Part shown: piece by piece, positions 1 through 13,513 of the stretch | Position numbering within the stretch: the stretch's first letter is position 1 | How the letters are laid out: the number at the start of each line of letters is the position of its first letter | Assembly (NCBI RefSeq): GCF_009914755.1 | Contig: NC_060929.1 | Length of the DNA stretch: 64,000 nt | Reading direction: 5' to 3' (one strand) | Origin: the human T2T-CHM13v2.0 reference genome, Homo sapiens | Program-made: the position numbers and the translations under genes | The notes under the pieces: model-generated | What the model saw: only the letters and a program-made list of their open reading frames with translations | The model's database searches: none | Told to the model about the DNA's origin: nothing

Positions 1-138
1 GGATTAGGGCACGTGTTAATCACCTCATGTTAACTTGATCATGTGCAAAGGCTCTATTTCCAAATAAGGTCACATTTGCAGGTACCGGAAGTTAGGACTT
101 CAGCATCTTTTTGAAGGGGCACAATTCAACCCATAACA
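1..138 (-). mobile_element. MLT1 (MaLR) LTR, 5' end
   Basis: ccaaataaggtcacatt...ttaggacttcagcatc...cacaattcaacccataaca is the reverse complement of the MLT1 start tgttatgggttgaattgtg. Confidence 0.8.
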
Positions 139-1984
139 CGAAGGTAATCTGCAGACAAACAAAGCAGTGATGGAGGCCCAGGAGGACTATGGTGGGGACT
201 TGGGAGGCATCCAGAATGGGCCCAGAGCCACGGACAGGGTGTCCAATCATTGGAACTGGACAAAGTGAAGGACCTGTGCCAGACAGAGCCTGTCAGTGAG
301 GGTGCAAACACCTTCTGAGACAGCAGACCCCAAGGAGAAGACACAAAGGGCCAGGACCCACGGTGAGTCTAAGCAGACCTACAGGTAAACCAGCCCCCCA
401 AGTCCATGGCTGTTGGGGCCTTCAGACTATAAATGAGGTTTCCCATAGGACATACCCACTCTGCACTGCAGCAGAGCCGGTGAAGCACGTGGTAGGCCGG
501 GTCTGCTGAAGGCCGGGAGGAGGAGGGTTGAACAAACAGAGAAAAACAAAAAACAGCACAGGCCTGCTCTGGGCCGGCGCCGAATGATCATGTCACTCCT
601 TCCCCCTGGGCTGCAGCCTGTCCTGGCAGTCAGGTCTCAGCCTGGAGGATATTTTCCAGTCCTGGGCGAGGGTGGTTTCCGGCCTACCAAATGACTGACA
701 GTTCTTTAGGCCTCAGGCTTCCTGGGTGCCCCACACCACTGCAGCCTGCACACCAGGGCAGCAGCTGGTGCGTGCACTCCAGGGACTTGATCAGAAACCA
801 GGGGACCCCAGGGTACATCTGCAGGCTGGCTTCAGGGGCAGCAGAAGCCATGGATATAGCCTATTCCTCCCCATCCAACCAAGGAACATCTCCCTGGGCA
901 GGCATGAGCAAAGAGCAATGCCTGGGCCAACAAGGAACTCCGTGGGAGGTGGGAAGTAGGGTCTGGATGGGAGCAAGAGGCCTGGTGTGGGGCTGTGGTC
1001 ACTCCTGACCATATTAACGCAATTATGTGTGGAATAAAGCAAGGATTTAACACTGCTGTTTCTAATTCTCACTAATGACGACAAGATTTTACTTAATTTA
1101 TACTTCTTCCCTCACAATGAAAACCTTCTCAAAGATATTAATACAATTACTTATGGTTACATATGTAAATTTGTATATATCATAGTTTCAAAACAATACC
1201 ATTTTTATTACCAACAATGAGACTACTGAACACAGTTTAGGTTTTATTTGTGGTTCTTTTTGTCTCTTTGTCCCACTTGGAATGCACGAATTACTGCGTT
1301 CAAAGTCACTTGAAACAATTCTCTGTGAGGTTAAGCCATCAATTTTGTATACAGGACTGTTTGTTTTCAATATTAAGAGATGATTTTTATTCGTTTTAGT
1401 TTAATTTTGTTTTCTAGTTAAAAAACACTTGCAGCGTTGCAAAGCCAGCTTATAAAACAGGGTACATTTCTGTTTGTAGCCTTGTGGTTTATTCTTCCAT
1501 TGTCTCCTTTTCAAAATAAAAGCAAATATGTAGACACACTCCTATTTCCTCCTTTTTCTTATATAAAAGGCAGCATATTCTCTACACAGTTCTGCACCTG
1601 GGCTCCTCCAGTCGGCAATATCCTGACAGTAACTTTGTGGTGATAGTAGAGTCCCTCCTCATTGCCTCTTACAGCCCCACACAACACCACAGAGTGGGCG
1701 GACACTGTCCAGCCAGTCCCTTGGATGGATCCTTGAGAAACTTCCGATCTTTAGCTTTACAAAGAGTGCTGCAAGGTACAGTCCTGTTCACGTGTAAGTT
1801 CATGCTTTTGGGAAGACTCCATTTTGAATCCTCCCCCTCACTGTGAAACCGTTAGCTGGCCACTTCCCGTGCAAAGCCTCAGGTCCCTGCTCTGTAAGAC
1901 GCTGATAATAATAGTTTCTAGCTCACAGCTCAAAAGGGCCTGGTGCATGGTCGACAGTCAATAAATGTTTGCTGTTTTCTTTCA

Positions 1985-3390
1985 TCTGAGAATCTTGATT
2001 CCTCATTAGTTTAGAATTCTAGGTTGATAGTTCTTTTCTCTCAGCGTTTGAAAACTTCTTATGCCACTTCCTCTGGCCTCCATAGTTCCTGAGGAGCGAT
2101 CTGCTGTCATTGACATTGCTGTCTCCCCATAAGTAAAGTGTTGCTTCTCCCTGGCTGCTTTCAAGTTTGTTTCTTTGTCATCAGATTTCGGAAAGTGGAT
2201 TTGTGTTGATGTGGATTTCTTTTTGTTTATCGTATTTTGGATTTGCTCAGCTTCTTGAGAACTGTGGGTTTGTGTTTTTTGCCAAGTTTGGAACATTTCA
2301 ACTATTATTTCTTCAATTCTTGTCAGCTCATCCCCTTCACCTCTCCTTCTAGCATTCTGATGACACAAATGTTAGATCGTCTATGATAGTCCCATGGGTC
2401 TCTGAGGCTCCGTTCTCTCTTTTTATTTTTTCTTCTTCTTCTTCTTCTTCCTTTGGTCTATTTTCTCTCTGTTGTTCAGATTGGGAAATTTCTGTTATAT
2501 CCTATCTTCCAGTTTACTGATTCTTTTCTCTGTCATCTCTGTCCTGCTGTTGATACCATCTTTTGAGTTTTTAATTTTGGTTTTTGCATTTTTCAGTTCT
2601 AAAGCCCTCATTTTGTTTGTATCTTTTCCATTTCTGTATTAAGACTCTATTCTTAATTTCTCATTTGTTCCAAACACATCTGTAATTGCTCACTGAAGCA
2701 TTTTTATAATGGCTGTTTTACAGTCCTTTCCAGATAATTCCAACATCTCTGCCATCTCAGTGTTGGTGTGTGCTGTTTTTCTTTTAATCCAAGGTGAAAT
2801 TTTCCTGGTTCTTGTTATGACAAGTAGTTGTTCATTGAAACTTAGACATTTTGAGTATTATAAAATATTCAGAGTCTGGATCTTGTTTAATCTATCTTAG
2901 CCAGCTCCCATGACACCACTCTGGCAGGAAAAGATGGGGGGTGCCACTGTGTTGCTGTCAGGTGGGGTGGACACCAGGTTCCCCACTTGGTCTTTGTTGA
3001 TATCCAAAGAAGAAAGAGGTTCTTTGGTACTGCTGTGGGGAGTTCCCGGGAGTTCTATCTCCTCACTACTGATACCATCGTGGCCGGGAGAAGCCGCTCC
3101 ACCGACACCATGGAGAAGGGCTGGTATTTGGTTAGGGCAGAGCAGTTCTTACCTAAACAAGTGCATCTGGCGAGGCTAGCCCTCTCCCGATCCTTTGGCT
3201 AGAGAGCAGGCTTTTGTTGTGAGGTCACCACTGTGTCATTCCTTGTGTCCCAGGGTCCCTAGCTGCCTGCCTTCTTCTCCCCATCATAACAGTCTTCTTA
3301 TGTTTGTTTTATATATAATGTCCAGGGCTTTCAGTTGCACTTAGGAGGAACAGAGAAAATATTTCTCCTCTTTTTCCAGGACTGGAAGTT
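1985..3390 (-). mobile_element. Ancient L1 (L1M) ORF1/5' fragment
   Basis: ORF 2006-2368(-) has L1 ORF1p-like motifs (EEIIVEMF, LKAAREKQH, LREKNYQPRIL); plus strand is T-rich. Confidence 0.75.
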
Positions 3391-3499
3391 ACTTGAAGCC
3401 TTTAAAAATATGTTTCAGATGCCAAAGTGAAACAAAAATAACACAAGGTCAAGTACCTTTCCCTCTCTGGGATTCAGTTTCCCCATCTTTAAAAAATTG

Positions 3500-3990
3500 G
3501 TCTAGATCCCAGCTTCTCCATGATTGGTTTACAGTAGCCCCTGAGGGCTTGTCAGAAATGCAGACTCTCAGGCACCTCCCACCCCCGCCCACCCCACCGG
3601 CATCGGACCTCCGGAATCAGAACCTGCATTCTTTTTTTTTTGTTTTTCTCAAGACAGAGTCTCACTCTGTTGCCCAGGCTGGAGTGCAGTGACGCAATCT
3701 CAGCTCACTGCAACCTCTGCCTCCTAGGTTCAAGCAATTCTCTGCCTCAGCCTCCCTAGTAGCTGGGACTACAAGCGCCCACCACCATGCCCGGCTAATT
3801 TTTTTGTATTTTTAGTAGAGACAGGGTTTCACCATCTTGGCCGGGCTGGTTTTGTACTCCTGACCTTGTGATCCATCCGCCTCGGCCTCCCAAAGTGCTG
3901 GGATTACAGGCGTGAGCCACCGTGCCCGGCCAGAACCTGCATTCTAACAAGACCCCAGCTGAGATCTGGCACATTGAAATTGAAAAACAA
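3500..3990. mobile_element. MER5A DNA transposon interrupted by an Alu
   Basis: cttgtcagaaatgcagactctcagg...gaatcagaacctgcattctaacaagacccca; split by the Alu at 3633-3930. Confidence 0.65.
3633..3930 (-). mobile_element. Alu (S family)
   Basis: Full dimer; 15-bp TSD cagaacctgcattct at 3618-3632 and 3931-3945. Confidence 0.95.
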
Positions 3991-4642
3991 AGCTCCTGGT
4001 GACCTCTAAGGCCACCTCCAGCTCTGACCTTAATGATCGTGGGCTTTCCCACCTCCGCACCACTGCCAAAACACACTGACCTTCCCGCTGTGGCCACACG
4101 GCACTAACCAGCATCTAAGCACAGCACCATCCCACCACCGCCCCGCCCCAAGTGTGAAGCTTCCTCCGACCACCCAACCTGGAGGGAGCCTCTGGGCCCC
4201 TTAAACAACTGTACACTGGATCATTAGCCATTAATCATGTGCCGTCCAGGGACAGCTTGTCTGCTTTCTCTTCAGCTACTATTTAAACCATAAATCATGT
4301 GTTATTACTAAGTTTCATATCTCCTCTGAAACCCAGGATGTGACAACTCCTGTAAAGCTCACGGGGAGCTGAGATCAACATTTCCGTCCTTAGTGCTCAC
4401 CATCTGGTCCTGCACGTAGGAAGTACGCAAAGCCTTCACCATTTACACCAAGAAAGTGCTCTGCACACAGCTTCCTTGTGTCTCTACAGTTAATCATGAG
4501 AAAATGCTATGATTTATGATCTTCAAAAGGATAAGTGAATCTATTATTTTCTGTTACCTTTTAAAAGAAAACATTTTTCTTCTTAATCAATACCCAGTGC
4601 TGGAGAGATTGCCCTGAAACTGGCACTCACACGCTGCAGTTA

Positions 4643-4953
<311 letters not shown>

Positions 4954-5117
4954 GCTTTAGGAGATATACCTAATGCTAAATGACGAGTTAATGGGTGCAG
5001 CACACCAGCATGGCACATGTATACGTATGTAACTAACCTGCACATTGTGTACATGTACCCTAAAACTTAAAGTACAATAATAATAAAATAAAAAATAAAA
5101 AAAAGAGAAAAGAAAAT
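4954..5117 (+). mobile_element. L1PA3/PA4-like 3' end with poly(A)
   Basis: ttaggagatatacctaatgctaaatgacgagttaatgggtgcagcacaccagcatggcacatg...ccctaaaacttaaagta. GAG rather than ACA, so not L1HS-Ta. Confidence 0.9.
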
Positions 5118-7607
5118 AAAACACATTGGCAATGCATCAGATGGGACAAAGATGCCTCCAGGAAGCCCACTCCTGAAACTTTGTAACTTAATTAAAGAAA
5201 GGTAGAAGTTTATTCATATGAAGAGTCATATCTGTACAAGCAAAAACCTGGATATAATGTAAATGCCACATGCTGAAGCGTGGCACATCCATTTGACGGA
5301 CTCCCACGGAGCCATGTGAAGTCATTAGAAAGGCTGTGTTCAAATAGAGGAAAATGCTTATTTCACCCTAGGTAAGAAAATCAGGCTATAGAATAAATAT
5401 ATGCTAGGATTAAAACTCATATAGGCAAACAAGAGCTAAAAAGGAAGGAACTAGAAATTATATTTTATTAAAATTATTATTGTAACGTGGGAGACTGGGT
5501 TGAATTTCCTGTTCTTGTTTTTTTCCCCCAACTTTTTCATTTTGCTAAATTTTCATCAAATTTTTAAAAACGTTCTTTAGTGACACCAAAAGAAGATTCA
5601 AAGATCACCGTGGGACATTCACTGAGGAACAGATCAAAGCCCATTTTCTTTGCAGGTTCATTCATAATTCCAGTATATGGGATCTGACAGTTCTGTGACA
5701 TTTGAATTAAGAGCCCAGGTCTCAACATTGAGAAGTTCTCAGCAGCTACAGGTCAAAGGAGGTCTCCAGGCTGGAAACTACTCCTTTGAAAGAGAAGACC
5801 TTCATTCTTCACCTCCGGCTGTGAGTTGTCATTCCTTCTTTCCCCAATCCCTGCTAAGATAAGACTCTGCAGAATGCAATGGGATGCATGCTTGTTAAAA
5901 GAAGGAAAAACCTTTCAAAATACCCTTACTCTGCTTTCCACAGCACTTTGCTCATAGGGAATCTCTAGTTCAATCCCAGTTCCCGGAGTAAGCCCTGGAG
6001 GAGGTTAAACTCTGGAAGGAAGGCATGGGCTCAGGCTCACTTTACTGGTGACCATGGGTCCCCTGAGACACAGTGACCTGTAGTGGACAGCTGCCAGTCC
6101 TCCCACCAAACTGCACAGGACCCCCAAGCAGCTCCTGAGCCTCCTCCCTGAGACCATTCATCCATCTGTAAACTGAGGACATTGATGCTTTCCCCACAAG
6201 TTAAATGAGGTGGTGATTTTCAACATCCGGGAACACTGCAGTGATTAATATGTGTTAGCATCTCAGATACCACCTACCAATTTGGCAAAAAAAAAATTTT
6301 AATTGGTACCACTCATTGCCAGATGAAGATGGGCACTCTTGCACATTCCTATTGGGAGTAGAGATTTCGTAACTATCTTTTTGGACGGCCATTTGGAAAT
6401 ACTAAGTGTAACTGAAGCTTCAGAAACCTGAGTGTCATTTGACCCAACAATTTCCTTTCTGGGCATATGTTATACGGAAATGGGATATATGAACAAATGT
6501 GTATGAACATGGCTCTTCACTATAGTAATTATCTGTAAGCAGAAAACTGGAAACAGCCTAAGCGTCCACCTGTAGAAGACTGGTTAAACGCATTTTGGCA
6601 CACGCTTTCAATGGTCTCTTAGCATTAGTGGTATTGTAGAATTGTAATTGATCACATAAAATATGGTCATGGAACGTTGGGATATCTTGTGCAATAATGT
6701 TTACTGTGTAACTCTGTTTTGTGAGAACTTTATCTATACATTGAGACAAAGATATAAATGTACCATATATCTGTGGTATCCAATTTGAGAAAGAGTGAAT
6801 CATTTATGGACTTTCCTGAACCAGATATATCCCGGGTGTCCACCCTGTGGCAGGTGCAGATGTGAGTTAACATCGTCCCTGTCCAGCAAGGGAGAGAGAC
6901 AGATACAGAGTGTGCCAGGGAGAAAGGGGCAACAGAAAGGTGTCAGGTGTGCCACTGTGTGCCAGGATGTCAGCAGCCCTGCTCAGATTCTAAAGTGAAT
7001 CTTGAAGGTGCCCTGGGCGGCACCCTCTCACTGTGTCCCAGCTCAGAGAGAGGACAGAGCTTTGCATGAGGCTGGATAGGTGCAGAAGAGAATGACTTCC
7101 ATTCTGCCGTAATCTGCAACTGCAAAAAGAGACATTCTCACGCCCCCTTCCACGCAGCCCCAAGCAGGCTTCGTCAGGACAACAGAGCACTCACTGAGTA
7201 CCCGTGACCCAATCTGACAGGACTGACATCCACTCCATGCCTATTCTGCTCCTGCCACAAGCACATGCATCTTTTCATCCACACCTCCCATTTTCCAGGT
7301 CAGGGAAGTACCCAGGGTCATGCAGCTAGTAAGAGGCAGAGCTGGGATTTGAATCTAGAGGTGTGTGCCCACCACTCCACACTCACAGGCATTAACCCGT
7401 GCCCAGTGGCAAAGGGAGCTTGAGAAAGAGAAGGCCATATTCCAGGGGCTCAAGCTGCAGGGAACAGCACGCATGAGAGAGCAGATGGAGAGGAGGAAGG
7501 CTGGATGTTCCTGAGCACCTGACCACCTCATTCCAGAGGGCGCAGACCTGGGACGAGATGAGCTTCAGCTGGGCCCTGGAGGAAATGATGGCCACAGAGG
7601 TGGTGGC

Positions 7608-7818
7608 GATAATAGCTAACATGTGTTGAGGCTTTACTGCACTACCATGCACTGTGCCGAGTGCTGCCCCTTCTTAACTCACTTACATCCCCCCTGCAAC
7701 CTACGAGGTGTGTACGTTTAGGGACTCAGTTTACAAATGATGACACTGAGGCACAGAGCTTAAGTAGCTAGCCCAAGACCACACAGCTGGAAAGCAGCAG
7801 AGAGGATCTGAACCCAGC
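7608..7818 (-). mobile_element. MIR
   Basis: tttacaaatgatgacactgaggcacagagcttaagtagctagcccaagaccacacagct is the reverse complement of the MIR core. Confidence 0.8.
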
Positions 7819-7824
7819 CCCACT

Positions 7825-8250
7825 TTTTTAGTGGCTTAAAACAACACAGATGTATTATCTTAGAGTTCTGTAGGTCAGAAGTCCAGTACAGGTCTCACCA
7901 GGCTAAAATCAAGGTGTAGGCAGGCTATGTTTCTTCCTGGAGGCTCAGGGAGTATCTCTTTCCTGCTCATCTGGGTGGTTAGCAAAAGTCAGTTCCTGTG
8001 GGTGTAGGACTGAGGTCCCCACGTTTTTGCTGCTGTAATTGAGGGTGGATCCCAGCTCCTAGAGACCACTGCAAAAGTCGGTTCCTATGGGTGTAGGACT
8101 AAGGTCCCCATGTTTGTGCTGCAGTAATTGAGGGTGGATCCCAGCTCCTAGAGGCCACTGCTTAAGGCCCCTCCCTCCATCTTCACGGTCAGCACAGGCA
8201 GGTGGAGTCCTTCTCAGGGTGTGTCTCCTGCCTAACTTTTTCCATCATCT
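7825..8250 (-). mobile_element. MLT1 LTR with an internal 89-bp tandem duplication (7982-8161)
   Basis: gtggcttaaaacaacacagatgtattatcttagagttctgtaggtcagaagtcc...; gcaaaagtc recurs at 7982 and 8071. Confidence 0.75.
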
Positions 8251-8274
8251 TCTGCTTTTTTAAAAAATTATTTT

Positions 8275-8915
8275 TTTAATTGCAGTAACATATACGTAAG
8301 ATTAAAATTTTGCCATCTTACCCATTTATAATTGTCCGGGTCAATGGCATTAAGCACATTCACGTTGTTTTGCCACCATCACCACCATCCATCCATCCAC
8401 CCACAGAACTTCTTCATGTTGCAAAACTGAAACCTTGTCCCCATTAAGCAGTAACTCCCCACTTTCTCCTCCCCCAGCCCCTGGCACCCACCATTCCACT
8501 TTCTGTCTTGATGAATTTGATGGCTCTGGGTACTTCATATAAATGGACTCAGGCTGTATTTGTCCTTCTGCGTCTGGCTTATTTCACTCAGCATGATGTC
8601 CTCAAGGTCCATCCATGCTGGAACATGTGTCAGAATCTCCTTCCTTTTTAAGGCTGACACTATTCCATTGTCTGAATATCCTGTAGCACAGACCGCTTAT
8701 CCCTTCTTCCATCAACGGACACTTGGGCTGCTCCCACGTCTTGGCGACTGTGATTAGGGCTGCTGTGAACATGGGAACCTCTTTCCAAGCCCCTACTTTC
8801 AACTGTTTGGAGTATATCCCCAACAGTGGGATTGCTGGATCATATGATAGTTCCATTTATCATTTTGTGAGGATCCTCCATACTGTCTTCCATAGTGGCT
8901 GCTCCATTTTGTATG
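8275..8915 (-). mobile_element. L1MB 3' end fragment
   Basis: caatggcattaagcacattcac...tggcttatttcactcagcatgatgtcctcaaggtccatccat...gggattgctggatcatatg. Confidence 0.85.
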
Positions 8916-11881
8916 TGGAAGCCCAGCAATCTGAATCCACAACCTGTGCCCTAAAATTCACCATACTTGGTCCACATCCTGAAGCCACAGGGCCTGGGGC
9001 CACAAAGATGAATGGAACTGGGGCTCAGAGCCCAGGGGGGAAGCTGACACAGCAGCCTGCTGCCCCGACAATGCACAAAGGGGCCACTTTGGGACTTCAG
9101 GGGTGTGGGCAGCACAGAAAAATCTAAATTTGTAACTGACATGTATGGGAGGAAAAATACCACATTCCAGGAACTAGTCACGTTTTCCCAGGCTCAGAAT
9201 CCCAATTCTTCATAGGGCCCAAGTTACTCTCATCCACAAATACAAAGCACTGGCAAGAAATACAAATTATGATGCGGCATTTTCAGAGCTTGTCTTAAAA
9301 TTCAGAACAAAGCTCAGTAAAGGGACCAAGTCTCGTTTGTGTTTTCTGCTGAGGTTCCAACTTATATTTAGAGCTATTTCCCTCCAGAGTCCAGTGAAAG
9401 ACAAGTCACTCTCTTCGAAGCAAACTTTTCCACATGCTCAAGAAAGTTGACGCAGGTTGGAATGGATCCCACCCAAGAGCCATGTGCTGTGCATGCTTCT
9501 GGGAGGCAGCTGAGCTGCAGATGGGGAGGAGGGCACTGTGCCAGGCTCAGATCCCACCCAGCCCTCCTGGGGACATCTGCTACAGAGGACTTTCCCTCTG
9601 GAAGCCACCCTGCCCAGGGCCTCCTCTGCTCCTCTGCACTGCCCCATCTGCAGCAGCCTCCAGCCTCCCTCCCTGCAGCCTCCATGCCCAGGCAGTTTCC
9701 TTCTGCAGTCTGCCTTCCCCAGGAAGCGGTGAGTGTTGGGTGTGAGCCTGTCCTTGTGCTGGGTAGGGTCCGCCCAGGGGCAGCACCAGAACAGAATCAC
9801 TGCAGAGGTTTCCACGGGGTGGAAGCCACTAACCAGCCAGAGTAGGGACATGTCAGGTCCACAAACGCTCCCTGGCCCTCGAGTGCCTGAAATCATTCCT
9901 GCTCTTGCCCATCCCACTCCAGGCTCCTCAGGCCTCCGACCTACCTGCCCATCCTGGTGCACTCAGCACCCCTCCTTCTTCACCCAGGAAAACAGAAGGC
10001 CTTTGGGCAACCTTCTCAGCCTCTAATACCTACCTTTCCTTCAGCTCGGACCCCCGCTCCCCGCCTCTGCTGGACCCTAGGTCTACATCTGTCCCGGCTC
10101 TGCGGCTACAGAGCCCTCAGCTTCCTGCACACTCAGGGCTTCTCCCTCTTGAACCTGCCACCTGCATCGTGCCCCTTTCCTCCACAGCCCACTTGCCTGC
10201 TCTCCTTCCCTTCCACAGCTCCCACCCACACTGAACCCACTCCCCCAGTAACGCACCAAGTGTTCACAGGAGCTCTCAGCTGCTGGATGGAGTTGGACCC
10301 GGTCCAGTGCTCGGGGTCACCCGGGCCTTCGCCACCCTGCCAGACGCCTCTGCACGCCCTTCCCTTGTCTTGGTGGGTTCCTCAGGCTCAGTTCCAGAGT
10401 TTCTCTTTTTGTGTCTCTTTCTGTCTCTGCAGAGCTGTCTGGAGGCCTCACCTCCGTGGCAGATCCTGAGCTTCAGAACCAAATACTCCACGGCACCCTG
10501 GGCGTTCCACCTGCCCCGTCCTCGTCCTCATTTCCACCACCCTACCCCTCTTCCCGTGCTTCAGGGCCTCCCAGCCCAGTCTCTGAGAAACCTCCCTCAC
10601 TGTTTGCCCCTCTCCCCTCTGTTGTCTAATGACACCCAAACACCTGCAGAAGAATCGCCCAGCTCCTGCGTCTCTGGTACCCAGAGGCTGAGCAGGCTGG
10701 CCCTCGCCCACAGCCCCACTGAGGCCTGGCCTCCTAACATCCCACCCGCACCCAGCTCAGATGCCAACGTGCCCAAAGGCGCTGCCCGATGACGGCTCTC
10801 TGCCAGATCTCTCTGGTTTTAAGTTCACCTCTCCTGACCACAGTGTGAAAGGACAGAGGCTCTGAGCACCGGTGTGCCTCCTCCCCTCCTCTCCGGCATT
10901 CCCTCCAAGCATCCCTGACCTGTCCCCTCCCCAGCCCCCTGCCACCACCAGGCATAAACTCAACCTTCTAACCGTGCTGAAATCTTATTTCCTGGAACGC
11001 GCCAGGCCCTGTCTCTTTCCACGTACTGTTTGGTCTGACTAGAGAAGATGTGCATTTATCCACTTGCCAATTCCTGCCTTTTCCTTTCTTAACTCAGGTG
11101 TTGCTTCCCTTTGGAAGCTTTCTGCCTCCTCAGGCCTGGCGGGTGCCCCTCCTAGTCTCCCCCAGGCTCCCCAGATGCTCCTTGAGGGACCGTGCCCACC
11201 TTGTCCACCCCATGATCCCTGCACCTCACACCTATCCTGAAGCAAACTAATCAGTAGTTAAATAAGAGGAGGAGGGTACATTACGGGCTGTGTGTGCGAC
11301 CAGTAGCTGGTGGGAGCGGGCTTCCTGCGCAGAAAGCTGCAATATCTGTGGCTTTGTGTGTGGAAAGCGCCTGTCACTGAGGTGGGCATGCCTCCACATC
11401 AACACACTGGGCCAGGACTCAGTGGGGACGGGGCCTCCAGGCTGCGGGGTGCTGCCACAACCACATCCATCCTCCCATCCATCCGCCACCTGCCCACAGC
11501 CAAGAAACAGACAGAAGTGCCCAGCAAGGCATGGTGAGCCATACCAAGGAACTGCAAGCCCCTAACAGCTGTCAGTCTTATTCCACTATTGTATTCCCAA
11601 TGTCTAGAACAGTGCCTGGCAAACATGTGGCTTAACAAAGATTTGTTAAAGGGATGGATAAGTGGATAAAAGCAAACCTGTATCCCTAACTGGCGTGTGA
11701 GAAATGAAAAAAGCAATAGCCCCACACCAAAGGCACAGTGGAAGGGCTTAGAATGCTCCCCTGAGATCTGTCTATACACGGGCACTGTGGAGGGAGAGGG
11801 CCCATGTCCCTGTCACTAACAGTGCTAGGCAGTGTGCAGGAAGGATGCTAACAGGAGAGTCTGTTAAATCCAACCTAATGA

Positions 11882-12256
<375 letters not shown>

Positions 12257-12273
12257 AGCAACAGCGGTTCTTT

Positions 12274-13513
12274 TTTTTTTTTTTTTTAATTTATTTTTTT
12301 ATTGATAATTCTTGGGTGTTTCTCACAGAGGGGGATTTGGCAGGGTCATGGGACAATAGTGGAGGGAATGTCAGCAGATAAACAAGTGAACAAAGATCTC
12401 CGGTTTTCCTAGGCAGAGGACCCTGCGGCCTTCCGCAGTGTTTGTGTCCCTGATTACTTGAGATTAGGGATTGGTGATGACTCTTAAGGAGCATGCTGCC
12501 TTCAAGCATCTGTTTAACAAAGCACATCTTGCACCGCCCTTAATCCATTTAACCCTGAGTGGACACAGCACATGTTTCAGAGAGCACGGGGTTGGGGGTA
12601 AGGTCACAGATCAACAGGATCCCAAGGCAGAGGAATTTTTCTTAGTGCAGAACAAAATGAAAAGTCTCCCATGTCTACTTCTTTCTACACAGACACGGCA
12701 ACCATCCGATTTCTCAATCTTTTCCCCACCTTTCCCGCCTTTCTATTCCACAAAGCAGCCATTGTCATCCTGGCCCGTTCTCAATGAGCTGTTGGGCACA
12801 CCTCCCAGACGGGGTGGTGGCCGGGCAGAGGGGCTCCTCACTTCCCAGTAGGGGCGGCCGGGCAGAGGCGCCCCTCACCTCCCGGACGGGGTGGCTGGCC
12901 GGGCAGAGGGGCTCCTCACTTCTCAGACGGGGCGGCCGGGCAGAGACGCTCCTCACCTCCCAGATGGGGCGGCGGGGCAGAGGCGCTCCTCACATCTCAG
13001 ACGATGGGCGGCCGGGCAGAGACGCTCCTCACTTCCTAGATGGGATGGCGGCCGGGCGGAGACGCTCCTCACATCCCAGACGATGGGCGGCCAGGCAGAG
13101 ACACTCCTCACTTCCCAGACGGGGTGGCGGCCGGGCAGAGGCTGCAATCTCGGCACTTTGGGAGGCCAAGGCAGGCGGCTGCTCCTTGCCCTCGGGCCCC
13201 GCGGGGCCCGTCCGCTCCTCCAGCCGCTGCCTCCCGGGCGGCGCTCGCCGGCGCGGCGGCAAAGACTGAGACAGCTCCGCTGCCCGCTGAACTCCATCCT
13301 CCCGGCGGTCGGGCGGCGGCGGCTGCGGTCGGTCGCGGCAGCGGCTCCGCTTCATATCTGCAGCTGGGGCCCGCGGGCGTCAGCGCCGCGACTGTCCCGG
13401 CTCCGCACTGCCCCGGGCCGCAGCGCAGCCGCGCCAACCACCACCCGCGGCCACCATGGCCGGACGGGCTCCCTAAGCCACCGACCCCAGCCCGCGGCGC
13501 CTTCGAGCCTTCT
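12274..13513 (-). mobile_element. SVA_F1 (MAST2-SVA): poly(A), SINE-R, short VNTR, truncated Alu-like domain, 5'-transduced MAST2 exon 1
   Basis: SINE-R about 12290-12795; 9 VNTR units about 12797-13140; Alu-like domain to 13178; MAST2 sequence 13179-13513; no CCCTCT hexamer. TSD caacagc(g/a)gttcttt at 12259-12273 and 13514-13528. Confidence 0.95.
13179..13513 (-). pseudogene. MAST2: Retrotransposed MAST2 exon 1 fragment (5' UTR + 59 codons), CpG-island-like
   Basis: ORF 13355->13179 gives MKRSRCRDRPQPPPPDRREDGVQRAAELSQSLPPRRRAPPGRQRLEERTGPAGPEGKEQ, the MAST2 N-terminus, joined at ...GAGCAG|CCGCCTGCC to the SVA Alu-like domain. Confidence 0.93.

Noticed and set aside
4954-5117. Young polymorphic L1HS insertion
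   Set aside because: Has the older GAG/aaatgac/ttaatgg diagnostics of L1PA3-4, not the Ta ACA.
9374-11565. Dense overlapping 100-170 aa ORFs in GC-rich sequence (also 30454-32961 and 41383-42323)
   Set aside because: No recognisable domain, Gly-X-Y pattern or paired splice signals; expected by chance at high GC.
13029-13355. The real MAST2 gene
   Set aside because: Exon 1 is fused to SVA with no intron or donor, sits between TSDs, and no other MAST2 exons are present.
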